A stretch of 64,000 nt of DNA from an uncultured Gaiellaceae bacterium. GTDB lineage: Bacteria; Actinomycetota; Thermoleophilia; Gaiellales; Gaiellaceae. A program made the translations under genes and the position numbers. Shown one piece after another: positions 54,829 through 64,000 of this stretch. Numbering within the stretch: position 1 is the stretch's first letter; each line of letters opens with the position of its first letter. The notes under the pieces are model-generated. The model had not been told where the DNA came from, searched no databases, and worked only from the letters and a program-made list of their open reading frames with translations. The DNA lies in the NCBI GenBank assembly GCA_963820565.1, contig CAWGAD010000006.1, positions 42,333 to 106,332 on the forward strand, in the 5' to 3' direction.

Positions 54829-54860
54829 CGAGGGGGCCGGCGGCGACGCCGGCCCCCTCG
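54829..54860 (+). terminator. Intrinsic terminator: 14-bp perfect stem CGAGGGGGCCGGCG-GCGA-CGCCGGCCCCCTCG plus T-rich tail
   Basis: Read directly, 21 nt after the stop. The tail is TCTTTCCGTTCCGTGTTGTCGTTTG. Confidence 0.75.
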
Positions 54861-54966
54861 TCTTTCCGTTCCGTGTTGTCGTTTGCGGCATTTGCCTTTA
54901 CCATGCGCTTCGTTTGGGGAGGTCGACAAGTTCTCCGGCCGCAAATTCAGCAACAGGGGAGAGACC

Positions 54967-57961
54967 ATGCGATTGCGTACGCTGGGTGCGTTCAGCGCCC
55001 TTGCGGTACTCGCGACACTGCTACTTGCGGTGTCCGCTGCGGGTGCCCCAGCTTCATCGGAGGTCAAGCCTTACATCGTCGTGATGAAGCTCAACCCGAT
55101 CGTCGCCTATGACGGCGACGTCGCGGGGATTCCGGCGACGAAGCCCGCCAAGGGCGAGAAGGTCAATACGAGGAGCGCCGCCGCCAAGCGATACGCCGAC
55201 TACCTCGGCGGGCTCGCACAACCAGTCGCTCGCGAACGCCGGTGTCGCCACGGCGAAGAAGACGAACGACTACACGGTCGCGCTCAACGGCTACTCGGCT
55301 CTGCTCACCCCCGAGCAGGCTGAGCGGATCGAGGCTCAGAAGGGTGTGGCCAAGGTCCAGCAGGACGAGCTGCAGCAAGCCGACGACCGATGCGAGTGGA
55401 ACGTTCCTCGGTCTCAACGACCGCGGCGGCGCCTACGCGGCCGGCTACAACGGCAGCGGCGTCGTCGTCGGCGTGATCGACACCGGGATCTGGCCGGAGC
55501 ACCCGAGCTTCTCGGGCGCCGGCTTCCCGGCGCCGACCGGTGTCGCACCGGGGATTCCGTGCCAGTTCGGCAACACGGCGCACAACGCGAACGACGCGCC
55601 GTTCACGTGCAACAACAAGCTGATCGGCGCCCGCCAGACGCTCGCCACGTACCGGGCAGTTCTCGGCGCCGAGGACTGGGAGTTCGACTCGGCCCGTGAC
55701 GACAACGGCCACGGGACGCACACGTCCTCGACGGCCGCGGGCAACGCGAACGTCACCGCGAGCGCCTTCGGGATCCCCCGCGGGAAGATCACGGGCATCG
55801 CGTACCGCGCGCGCACGTGATCATGTACAAGGGTCTCGGCGCGCAGGGCGGCTTCACGCTCCGACCTGGTGGACGCGATCGACACGGCCGTCGCAGACGG
55901 CGTCGACGTGATCAACTACTCGATCGGTGGCGGCGCGAGCCTCACCGGCGGCGACGACATCGCCTTCCTGTTCGCGAACGACGCCGGCGTGTTCGTCGCG
56001 GCCTCGGCCGGCAACAGCGGCCCCGGTGCCGGGCACGATCGGCGGCCCCGGCTCGGTGCCGTGGCTGACGACGGTCGGCGCCAACACGCAGAGCCGCTCC
56101 TTCCAGGGCACGGTCGTGCTCGGGAACGGCGCCAGCTACAAGGGCGTGTCGTTCACCGAGAGCCTCGACCACCAAGCCGCTGATCGACGCGGCGGGTGCA
56201 GCGACCGGCGCAACGCCGGACCTCTGCATCTCAGGCACGCTCCTGCCGACCGTGGCAGGCAAGATCGTCCTCTGCCGGCGCGGCGTGAACGCCCGTGTCG
56301 ACAAGAGCCTGGCGGTCATGCTCGCCGGTGGCGCAGGGATGATCATGTACGAGAACGAGCGACGCGGGCGACCTGATGAGCGACCCGCACTTCGTGCCGA
56401 CCGTGCACGTCGACAACACGCCGGGCCTTGCGATCAAGTCGTACATCGCCTCGACGGCGGGCGCGACTGCACGGCTCGACAACAAGCAGCTCGGCACCTT
56501 GCCGTGCGCACCCTCGACGACGCAGTTCAGCTCACGTGGGCCGAACACGGTCGCGCAGGACATCATCAAGCCGGACATCACGGCGCCCGGCATCCAGATC
56601 CTGGCCGGCAACTCGCCGTTCCCGGGTCCCCGGGTGCCGCACCGATGGGCGAGCTGTTCCAGGCGATCGCCGGCACCTCGATGTCGAGCCCGCACGTCGC
56701 CGGTCTGTTCGCCCTGCTCAAGCAGGCGCATCCGGACTGGTCGGCCGTCGGCGGCGAAGTCGGCGCTGATGACGACTGCAGCGCAGAACGTCAAGGACAA
56801 CGACCGGATCAACCCGGCGACGCCGTTCGCTGAGGGGCGCCGGTCACGCCAACCCGGGCAAGCCGGCCGTGAAGGGCTCGGCGTTCCAGCCGGGGCTGGT
56901 CTACGACGCCGGCTTCAACGACTACCTCGGCTTCCTCTGCGATGCCGATCCGTCGATCTTCGCTCGACCCGCACGGCGACCTGCGCATCGCTGGCAGGAG
57001 CGGGTGTCCCGACGAGAGCGGTTAACCTCAACCTCGCCTCGATCGGCATCTCGCAGCTGGCGGGTTCGGAGACGGTCAAGCGGACGGTGACGAACGTCGG
57101 CGGCGTTCGCCACGTACATCGCGACGGTGAACGCCCCGCCCGGGTACACCGTCAGCGTCTCGCCGTCGGTCCTGACGCTGGCCGCCGGTGCGTCCGCCAC
57201 GTACGAGGTGACCATCACCAACGTCTCGGCTCCGATCGGCGAGTGGCGCTTCGGCTCGCTGAGCTGGGGCTCACCGTTCCAGGCCAAGGTGCAGAGCCCG
57301 ATCGCAGTCAAGGGAGCGAAGTTCGCCGCCCCGGCTGAGGTCACGGGCTCAGGCGCCAGCGGCACGGCGAGCTTCCCGGTGAAGTTCGGCTACACCGGTG
57401 CCTACGCAGCGGTGCCGAGCGGCCTGACGCGCGGCGACGCTGAACGCCGCGACCGTCGGCGCAGGATCCGAACCAGACGTTCGCACCCAGCGACGTCGGC
57501 AACGGTGCAACCCTGCACACGTTCAACCTGACCGACACGGCCGTCTTCCGGGTCGCGATTCCGCCGGAGGCGACCGAGGCCAATGCTGACCTCGACGTGT
57601 ACGTGTCCAACCCGAGCAACGTGCTCGTCGCGGCCAGCACGCTCGGCGGGACGGACGAGGAGGTCACGATCCAGAGCCCGGCCAACGGCGCGTGGAAGGT
57701 GTACGTGCACGGCTGGCAGACTCCGGGCGGCCGACTCGGCCGTACACGCTGTTCAGCTGGGCGGTTCCGAACGCGACCGGCGGCACGCTGGTGACCAACA
57801 CGCCACCGACGCCGACGTCCGCGACGATCGGGACGACCGGCACGGTTCAGGTCAGCTGGACCGGCGCCGGCGGCACCTGGAACCTCGGTGCCGTCACCCA
57901 CAAGGAAGGCGCTGCGACCACTCTCGGCCGCACGCTGGTCGAGGTGGACAACCGCCCATAG
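54967..57961 (+). pseudogene. Second large subtilase (paralog of 51361..54807) interrupted by at least 14 frameshifts
   Basis: RBS AGGGGAGAG plus ATG at 54967 and a signal peptide. Homologous blocks (VGVIDTGIWPEHPSF, GHGTHTSSTAAG, SAGNSGPGAG, AIAGTSMSSPHVAG, KSALMTTA, GLVYDAGFNDYLGFLC, ...VEVDNRP*) can only be joined by hopping among all three frames across about 15 track ORFs. Confidence 0.85.
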
Positions 57962-57983
57962 CGGTTAGCACCATGTGAACCAT

Positions 57984-58013
57984 CGAGAGGCCCCCGGCAA
58001 CGGGGGCCTCTCG
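57984..58013 (+). terminator. Intrinsic terminator-like hairpin CGAGAGGCCCCCG-GCAA-CGGGGGCCTCTCG after the disrupted subtilase
   Basis: 13-bp perfect stem, 22 nt after the stop, with tail TCTATGA. A second hairpin (11-bp arms GGGTTGGCGCG / CGCGCCAACCC) is at 58021-58057. Confidence 0.6.
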
Positions 58014-58070
58014 TCTATGAGGGTTGGCGCGATCGCAGACCGCGACCGCGCCAACCCCTAGACTCCGCCG

Positions 58071-59971
58071 GTGCCCAGCCGACGCAGACGGCAGGTGGAG
58101 CTGGAACGTGTCCTCGGCACGCCCGCACTCTTCGCCACTGCGTACGGCAACGTCGGCTCGTCGATCTACTACGCGCTCGGCCTCACAGCCGTCTTCGCGC
58201 TCGGGCTGACACCGCTCGTCTTCGTGATCGCGGGCGTGATCTTCGCCGCGACGGCCGCCACGTATGCCGAGGGAACCGTTCGCTTTCCGGAAGCCGGCGG
58301 CTCGTCGAGCTTTGCGCGCCACGCATTCAACGAGCTCGTCTCGTTCGGCGCGGCGTGGGCTCAGATGCTCGTCTACGTCGTCACCGTCGCCACCTCGGCG
58401 TTCTTCGTCCCGCACTATCTCTCGATCTTCTGGGAGCCGCTGCGCGAGAACCCGTGGGACGTCGTCGGCGGCATCGTCGTCATCGTCGTGCTGGTCGTCC
58501 TGAACATCGTCGGCGTCCAGGAGGCGGCGCGGCTCTCGATCACGCTCGCCGTGCTGGACTTCGCGACGCAGGTGCTGCTCGTGGCGCTCGGGTTCTTCCT
58601 CGTCTTCAATCCGGAGATCCTGGTCGACAACGTCCACTGGGGTGTGGCGCCGACGTGGTCGAACTTCGCGATCGCGATTCCGGTGGCGATGCTCGCGTAC
58701 ACGGGGGTCGAAACCGTCTCGAATCTCGCGGAAGAGGTGCGCGATCCCGTCAAGAACGTGCCCAGCGCCTACCGGCTCGTCGCGCTCGCCGTCTTCGCGA
58801 TCTACTTCACGCTGCCGCTGATCGCGCTCTCGGCGCTCCCGGTGAAGCTGATCGACGGGGAGCTGACGACGCTGCTGGCGCTCTCGCCCGGAAGAGGGCG
58901 GTTACGCGAACGACCCGATCCTCGGCGTCGTCCAGAATCTCGGCGTCGAGGGCGCCCTCCTGGACGGGCTCGAGATCTACGTCGGGATCCTCGCGGCGAC
59001 GATCCTCTTCATCGCCACCAACGCCGGGGTGATCGGCGCGTCGCGGATCACGTACTCGATGGCGACCTACCGGCAGATCCCGGAGATCTTCCGCCGCCTG
59101 CATCCTCGCTTCAAGACGCCATGGCTGTCCATCCTCCTCTTCGCCGGAGTCGCGCCGATCGCGGTGATCCTGCCGGGCAACGTCGAGTTCGTCGGGACGC
59201 TCTACTCCTTCGGCGCGACGCTCTCGTTCACGGTGGCGCACGCCTCGCTCGTCCGGATGCGGATGCGACCGACCGGGGAGGAGATGCTCTACCGCGCCCG
59301 CCCGAATCTGCGGTTCCGCGGCATCGACTGGCCGCTCTTCGCCGTCTTCGGCGGGATCGCCACCGGCGTCTCCTTCGCGGTGATCGTCGCCCAGAACCCG
59401 GCGACGCGCTGGGTCGGTCTCGGCTGGATCGCGGCCGGCCTCGCCTTCTACCTCGTCTATCGCCGCCGTGTCGTCGGCGTGCCCGTCACCGAGACGGTGA
59501 AGGCGCCGCCCGCCTACGGTCCGGCGCTGGCGCTCGAGTACCGGCGGTTGCTCGTCCCGGTGCTAGCCAGGGCCGGCTTCCGACGAGGCTTTCGACGTCG
59601 CGGCCAGCCTCGCGGCGGAGCGCGGTGCGCAGATCGCAGCGGTCACCGTGCTCGAGATCCCACTCGACCAGCCGCTCTCGGCCGAGCTGCCCGAAGAGGA
59701 AGCTGCGGCGAACCGAGAGCTCGACGAGGCGCGGGCGATCGGCGACTCGTACGGAATCTCCGTGATTCCCCGGCTCATCCGCGGCCGCAGCGCAGGCGCG
59801 ACGATCGTCGAGGAGGCGGCGCGGCGCGCCACCGAGATCATCGTCATCGGGGCGCCGCGCAAGGACCTGACGCGCGGCAAGCGCGCCGTCTTCGGGCACA
59901 CGGTCGACTACGTGCTCAAGAACGCTCCTTGCCGGGTGCTCGTCGCCGCGACCAGGGAGGAGGCCGCTTGA
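58071..59971 (+). CDS. APC-family amino acid permease fused to a C-terminal universal stress protein (Usp) domain; 2 frameshifts (about 58890 and 59560)
   Basis: LFATAYGNVGSSIYYALG...AEGTVRFPEAGGSSSFA... TM core, then RRLLVPV...IIVIGAPRK...GHTVDYVLKNAPCRVLVAA, in three frames. Confidence 0.8.
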
Positions 59972-60144
59972 ATCTCTATCGGGGCGTCGTGATCCTGCTC
60001 GCGCTTACGTTCGTGGGCCTGGGCGTAGCGCTCCTCGCCGTGACCGCGGCGAACGGGGGCGGGGTGCTCGGCTTCCTCCTCGGCGGCCTCTTCATCGCCC
60101 TGGGAGTGGGTCGGCTGACCCTGCTGCGACGAGGGGGCCGCTGA
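59968..60144 (+). CDS. Small two-TM hypothetical protein between the two permease genes
   Basis: TTG at 59968 overlaps the previous stop. LNLYRGVVILLALTFVGLGVALLAVTAANGGGVLGFLLGGLFIALGVGRLTLL. The stop abuts the next ATG (60144). Confidence 0.4.
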   Translation: MNLYRGVVILLALTFVGLGVALLAVTAANGGGVLGFLLGGLFIALGVGRLTLLRRGGR

Positions 60145-61998
60145 TGGCGCGAAAGGTTCGCGGCTTCCAGCGCGTCCTCGACGCGCCGGCGCTCTTCTCC
60201 GTCGCGTACGGTGAGATCGCCGCCTCGCTCTACTTCGCGCTCGGCATCGTCGCCGCGCACGCGCTCGGCCTGACCCCGTTCGTCCTGCTCGGGGCCGGTG
60301 TCTTCTTCGTGATCGTGTCGCTCTCGTATGCAGAGGGGACAGCGGCGATCTCGGAGACGGGCGGCGCGGCCACCTTCGTCCGGCGCGCGTACAACGACAT
60401 CGCCGGTTTCCTGACCGGGTGGGCGCTCTTCCTCGACTACCTGATCGTGATCGCCCTCTCGACGATCTTCCTGCCCCACTACCTGGGGGTCGCGCTCGGA
60501 ATCGACCAGCTGCGCGAGTCGCCCTGGGACATCGTCGTGGCGGTCTGCGTCATCGTCGCGATCGCCACCGTGCGGCTCACACGACGGTCCCAGCTCCACT
60601 CGGCCGGGATCGTCGTCGCGGGTCTCGACCTCGCGACCCAGCTGCTCCTGGTCATCCTCGGCCTGGCGCTCGTCCTCTCGCCGGACGCGCTGGGGCGAGG
60701 GGTGGACATCGGTGTGACGCCGACCTGGGACGATCTCGCGTTCGCGATCCCGCTCGCGATGCTCGCCTACACCGGCCTCGAGACCGTTGCGAACCTCGCG
60801 GAGGAGACGCGCGAGCCCGGGCGCACGCTGCCGCGCAGCCTCTTCACGGCGATCGGGCTCGTCGTCGTCCTCACGTTCGCCGTGGCGGTCGTCGGCCTGT
60901 CCGCCTTCCCGGTCGAGAACGGCTCGACCGCCCTCGGCGACGAGTGGCTCAAGGCACCGCTCGTCGGGATCGTCGATGCGCTGCAGGCTCACCTTCCCGG
61001 CTGGTTCGGCGACATGCTCCTGCGTGTACGTCGGCCTTACGGGTGCGCTCGTCCTGTTCGCCGCCGCGACGACGTCGATCTCCGGCTTCACGCGGCTCGC
61101 GTACTCCCTCGGCGAGCACGGACAACTGCCCCGGAGCTTCGGCCGGCTGAACCGGCGGACGCTCGTGTCGCCGCACGCGATCGTGGCCGCGGCGGCGACC
61201 TCGATCGCGATCGTGATCGTGACCGGCACGGTCGAGGACGACGTCGTCTTCCTCGCCAGCCTCTACTCCTTCGGCGTGCTGCTCGCGTTCGCGGCCGCCC
61301 AGCTCGCCGTGCTCCGGTTACGGATGACCGAGCCGGATCTCGTCAGGCCCTTCCGCGCGCCGCTGCTCGCGCCGATCTTCGGGGCTCCGCTCGCGATCGC
61401 GTTCTGGATCGTCGCGATGGTCACGCACCCGGCGGCGCGGTACGCGGGACCGGCGTGGCTCGCAATCGGCGTCGTCGTGTATCTCGTCGTGCGCCGTCGG
61501 GAGCACGCCGGCATCTTCGAGGACGTCGGTCCGCTGGAGGAGCTGCCGCCCGGCGCCGACTTCCGGCGGATCCTCGTGCCGATGAAGCTCGGCCCGATCG
61601 GCGAGGAGATGATCGCGACGGCCATTGCGCTCGCGAAGGAGCGCGAGGCGAGCGTCTTCGCGCTGTTCGTGATCGTCGTGCCGCTCGAGCATCCGATCGA
61701 TGCGCCGCTCCACGATCTCGAGGAGCAGGCGGCCGCGTCGATCGCCGAGGCGATGCTGCTGGGTGAGGAGCACGAGGTCCACGTCGAGCCGCTGACGGTC
61801 CGGGCGCGCTCGATCGGCAGCGCGATCGTCGAGCAGGCGGTCGAGCACGAAGCGGATCTGATCGTGCTCGGGTCGTCGCCGCGGTGGCGCCGACAGTCCG
61901 CGTTCTTCTCGCCGACCGTCGACTACGTGCTCCGCACCGCGCCCTGTGAGGTGCTCGTGGTCGCGTTCCCGCAGGGTGTCCTGGAAGACGTAGGCTGA
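60144..61998 (+). CDS. APC-family amino acid permease fused to a C-terminal Usp domain (paralog); one frameshift near 61015-61025
   Basis: LFSVAYGEIAASLYFALG...AEGTAAISETGGAATFV..., then from ORF 60787..61998 the TM core and RRILVPMK...LIVLGSSPR...SPTVDYVLRTAPCEVLVVA. Confidence 0.8.
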
Positions 61999-62002
61999 GG
62001 TA

Positions 62003-62431
62003 GTGAAACTCGTAGTGATCGGGTGCGGCCGGGTCGGTTCGGCCGTTGCGCGTGAGCTCGCCGGGGACGGCTGGGACGTGACGGCAGTGGACGAGCAGGA
62101 GGAGGCGCTCGCCCGCCTTGGCCCGCGGTGGGCCGGCGGCTTCGTCGTCGGCCACGGCATGGACGCGGAGATCCTGCGTCGCGCCGGCGTTCCGGACGCC
62201 GACGCCGTCGTCGTCGCCACGAGCGGTGACAACACGAACCTCGTCATCGCCCAGGTCGTCGAGAAGCGGTGGGCGGTCCCGTGCGTCGTCGTCCGCGTCC
62301 TCGACCCGGCGCGGGCCGAGTTCTACGCAGCCAGGGGCATGCGCACGATCAGTCCGACGCAGACGGCGATCTCGGCGCTCGCCACCGCGGTCCGCAAGGA
62401 AGCGCCGACACCACAGGAGACGTCCGCCTGA
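62003..62431 (+). CDS. trkA: TrkA-N (RCK N-terminal, NAD-binding) domain protein
   Basis: MKLVVIGCGRVGSAVARELAGDGWDVTAVD. 142 aa, intact. Confidence 0.8.
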   Translation: MKLVVIGCGRVGSAVARELAGDGWDVTAVDEQEEALARLGPRWAGGFVVGHGMDAEILRRAGVPDADAVVVATSGDNTNLVIAQVVEKRWAVPCVVVRVLDPARAEFYAARGMRTISPTQTAISALATAVRKEAPTPQETSA

Positions 62432-63141
62432 TGTACGCCATCGTCGCCGGCGGAGGGAAGGTCGGCTCCAGCGTCGCACGCTCTCTGCTCGCAGGGGGCA
62501 ACGAGGTGACGCTGATCGAGCAGAGGCCGTACCGGTTCGAGCAGCTTCAGGACGAGTTCGAGCACCAGGTCCTGCTCGGCGACGCCACCGAGCTGCACGT
62601 GCTGGAGCGCGCAGGGATCGCACGCCCGCCGGAGCTCGTGCTCGGCGTCACGGGCGACGACGAGGACAACCTGATCATCTGCCAGCTCGCGAGCGAGGGG
62701 TACAAGGTGCCGAAGGTGATCGCGCGTGTGAACGACCCCCGCAACCAGGAGCACTTCGACCTGCTCGGGATCACCCAGACCGTGTGCGCCACCGCCAACG
62801 TCCTCGGGCTCGTCGAGCACGAGCTGCCCGAGCACGACGTCGTCCATCTGCTCGAGCTTCGCAAGGAGAACCTCGAGATCGTCGAGCTCCAGATCGATCG
62901 CGACTCGCCCGCTGCCGGCAAGAGGCTTGCGGGGCTGAGGCTGCCGGAAGGCTCGCGGGTGATCTCCGTGCTGCGGAACGGCCGCTCCGAGCTCGTCGAG
63001 GACTCGACCGTCCTCCGCCCGGGTGACCAGGTCCTGGCGGTCCTCCAGCCAGGGATCGAGGACGAGCTGCGCAAGGTGCTCCTCAAGCGTCGCGCTAGCG
63101 CTAGACGTTGCGCCAGTAGTGGCGTGAGAGCAGCACGATGA
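62431..63141 (+). CDS. trkA: Trk system potassium uptake protein TrkA (RCK N + C domains)
   Basis: The ATG overlaps the previous stop (TGATG). MYAIVAGGGKVGSSVARSLLAGGNEVTLIE...; the RCK-C part is LEIVELQIDRDSPAAGKRLAGLRLPEGSRVISVLRNG. The last ~40 nt overlap trkH, so the exact stop is uncertain. Confidence 0.85.
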   Translation: MYAIVAGGGKVGSSVARSLLAGGNEVTLIEQRPYRFEQLQDEFEHQVLLGDATELHVLERAGIARPPELVLGVTGDDEDNLIICQLASEGYKVPKVIARVNDPRNQEHFDLLGITQTVCATANVLGLVEHELPEHDVVHLLELRKENLEIVELQIDRDSPAAGKRLAGLRLPEGSRVISVLRNGRSELVEDSTVLRPGDQVLAVLQPGIEDELRKVLLKRRASARRCASSGVRAAR

Positions 63142-64000
63142 TCGGGATCACCTCGAGACGGCCGAGCCACATCAGCACGGTCATGAGAAGCGTCGAGAAG
63201 TCGCTGAAGGGCTCGAACGAGCCGAGCGGGCCGCCGACGCCGAAGGCAGGCCCGACGTTGGCCAGCATGCTCGCCGACACCGATACGGCGTCGAAGGGGC
63301 TCAGCGCGAGCCCGGTGCGGGCAGCGTCGATCGCCAGCAGCGCCGCTCCGACGACGAAGATGCCGATGTAGAGGAGGACGAACGACGAGACCGCGCGGAG
63401 CGTGCGCTCGTCGACGACACGCCGGTTGAGGCGGATGGGCAGGACGATCTCCGGGTGCAGCGTCTGGTCGATCTCGCGGCGGAGGATCTTGCCGAGCAGC
63501 AGGTGACGCACGACCTTGACCGAGCCGGTCGTCGAGCCGGCCGACCCGCCCACGAACATCAACCCGACGATCGTCATCAGCGCCAGCGCCGGCCACGTGT
63601 TGTAGTCGGCGACCGAGAATCCGGTCGTCGTCATCGTCGAGACAGCGGTGAAGATGCCGATCCGGAACGTGCCCCCGTCCGGAAAGACTCCTTCGGTCCA
63701 GATCTCTCCGACGATCAGGGCCGCGCCGAGGACGAGCAGGGCGAAGTAGAGGCGCAGCTCCTGGTCTCGTGCGGCGACCCGCGGCTGCCGACGCACGATC
63801 GCCCGGTACATCAGCGCGAAGTTGATCCCGCCCAGGATCATGAAGAGGACGATGACCCACTGGGTCGCCGGCGCGAAAGCTTCGATCGAGTCCACCTTCG
63901 TCGAGAAGCCCGCCGTCGGGATCGTCGTGAGCGCGTGTGCGAACGCCTGGAACGGCGACATCTCGTCGTCGACGCCGCTCAGGCCGAGCGCGAGCAGGGT
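63101..64000 (-). CDS. trkH: TrkH/KtrB-family potassium transporter (C-terminal part; 5' end outside the window)
   Basis: TTIPTAGFST, FTAVSTMTTTGFSVADY, GGSAGSTTGSVK, ASMLANVGPAFG and LGRLEVIPIIVL. The frame stays open to the window edge. Confidence 0.9.
   Translation of the reverse strand, partial: TLLALGLSGVDDEMSPFQAFAHALTTIPTAGFSTKVDSIEAFAPATQWVIVLFMILGGINFALMYRAIVRRQPRVAARDQELRLYFALLVLGAALIVGEIWTEGVFPDGGTFRIGIFTAVSTMTTTGFSVADYNTWPALALMTIVGLMFVGGSAGSTTGSVKVVRHLLLGKILRREIDQTLHPEIVLPIRLNRRVVDERTLRAVSSFVLLYIGIFVVGAALLAIDAARTGLALSPFDAVSVSASMLANVGPAFGVGGPLGSFEPFSDFSTLLMTVLMWLGRLEVIPIIVLLSRHYWRNV

Noticed and set aside
51190-54891. Very long antisense ORFs (1233 aa here). Others: 26798..30430, 18009..20633, 48943..51141, 39924..42236, 2155..3948, 3884..5260, 43085..44443, 20597..22006.
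   Set aside because: Each lies exactly opposite a strongly conserved gene (subtilase, uvrA, uvrB, hppA, S8 peptidase/tsaD, polA, gdh, ppc). Each has the R/A/G/P/D-dominated composition of high-GC shadow frames. No motifs were recognisable.

Overview
This is a 64-kb chromosomal segment, roughly 70% GC by eye. Its gene content and order match a high-GC Actinomycetota genome: polA-rpsA-coaE ... uvrB ... uvrA, tsaE-tsaB-rimI-tsaD, a DUF2520 gene followed by panC-panB, plus rex, ppc, gdh and hppA. I cannot place it more precisely from sequence alone. About 60 protein-coding genes are supported. I recognised no rRNA, tRNA, CRISPR array, transposase, integrase or known defence/toxin system.

Most of the very long ORFs in the six-frame track are not real. 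They are antisense or off-frame shadows typical of high-GC DNA, or chimeras created where a frameshift reads through.

Four observations stand out:
1. About 50 reading-frame breaks are inferred, and they occur in patches. They hit essential genes (polA, tsaD, panB, panC, ppc), while stretches of up to about 9.6 kb are clean.
2. An FTR1/EfeO-type iron-uptake operon has no EfeB or P19 partner. Instead it is bracketed by two paralogous proteins combining a FlgD-Ig-like domain with an N,N-dimethylformamidase-beta-like domain; the upstream copy has a signal peptide, the downstream copy has no recognisable start or signal peptide. This is my best candidate for undescribed biology, and it remains a hypothesis.
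3. Two large subtilase genes sit in tandem. One is perfectly intact. The other carries at least 14 frameshifts but keeps its RBS, signal peptide and terminator.
4. Several regulatory sites are visible: a near-consensus LexA SOS box on a leaderless-type uvrA promoter, and a perfect TGTGAC-N6-GTCACA palindrome in front of rex.

All family assignments come from reading motifs by eye. No database search was run.
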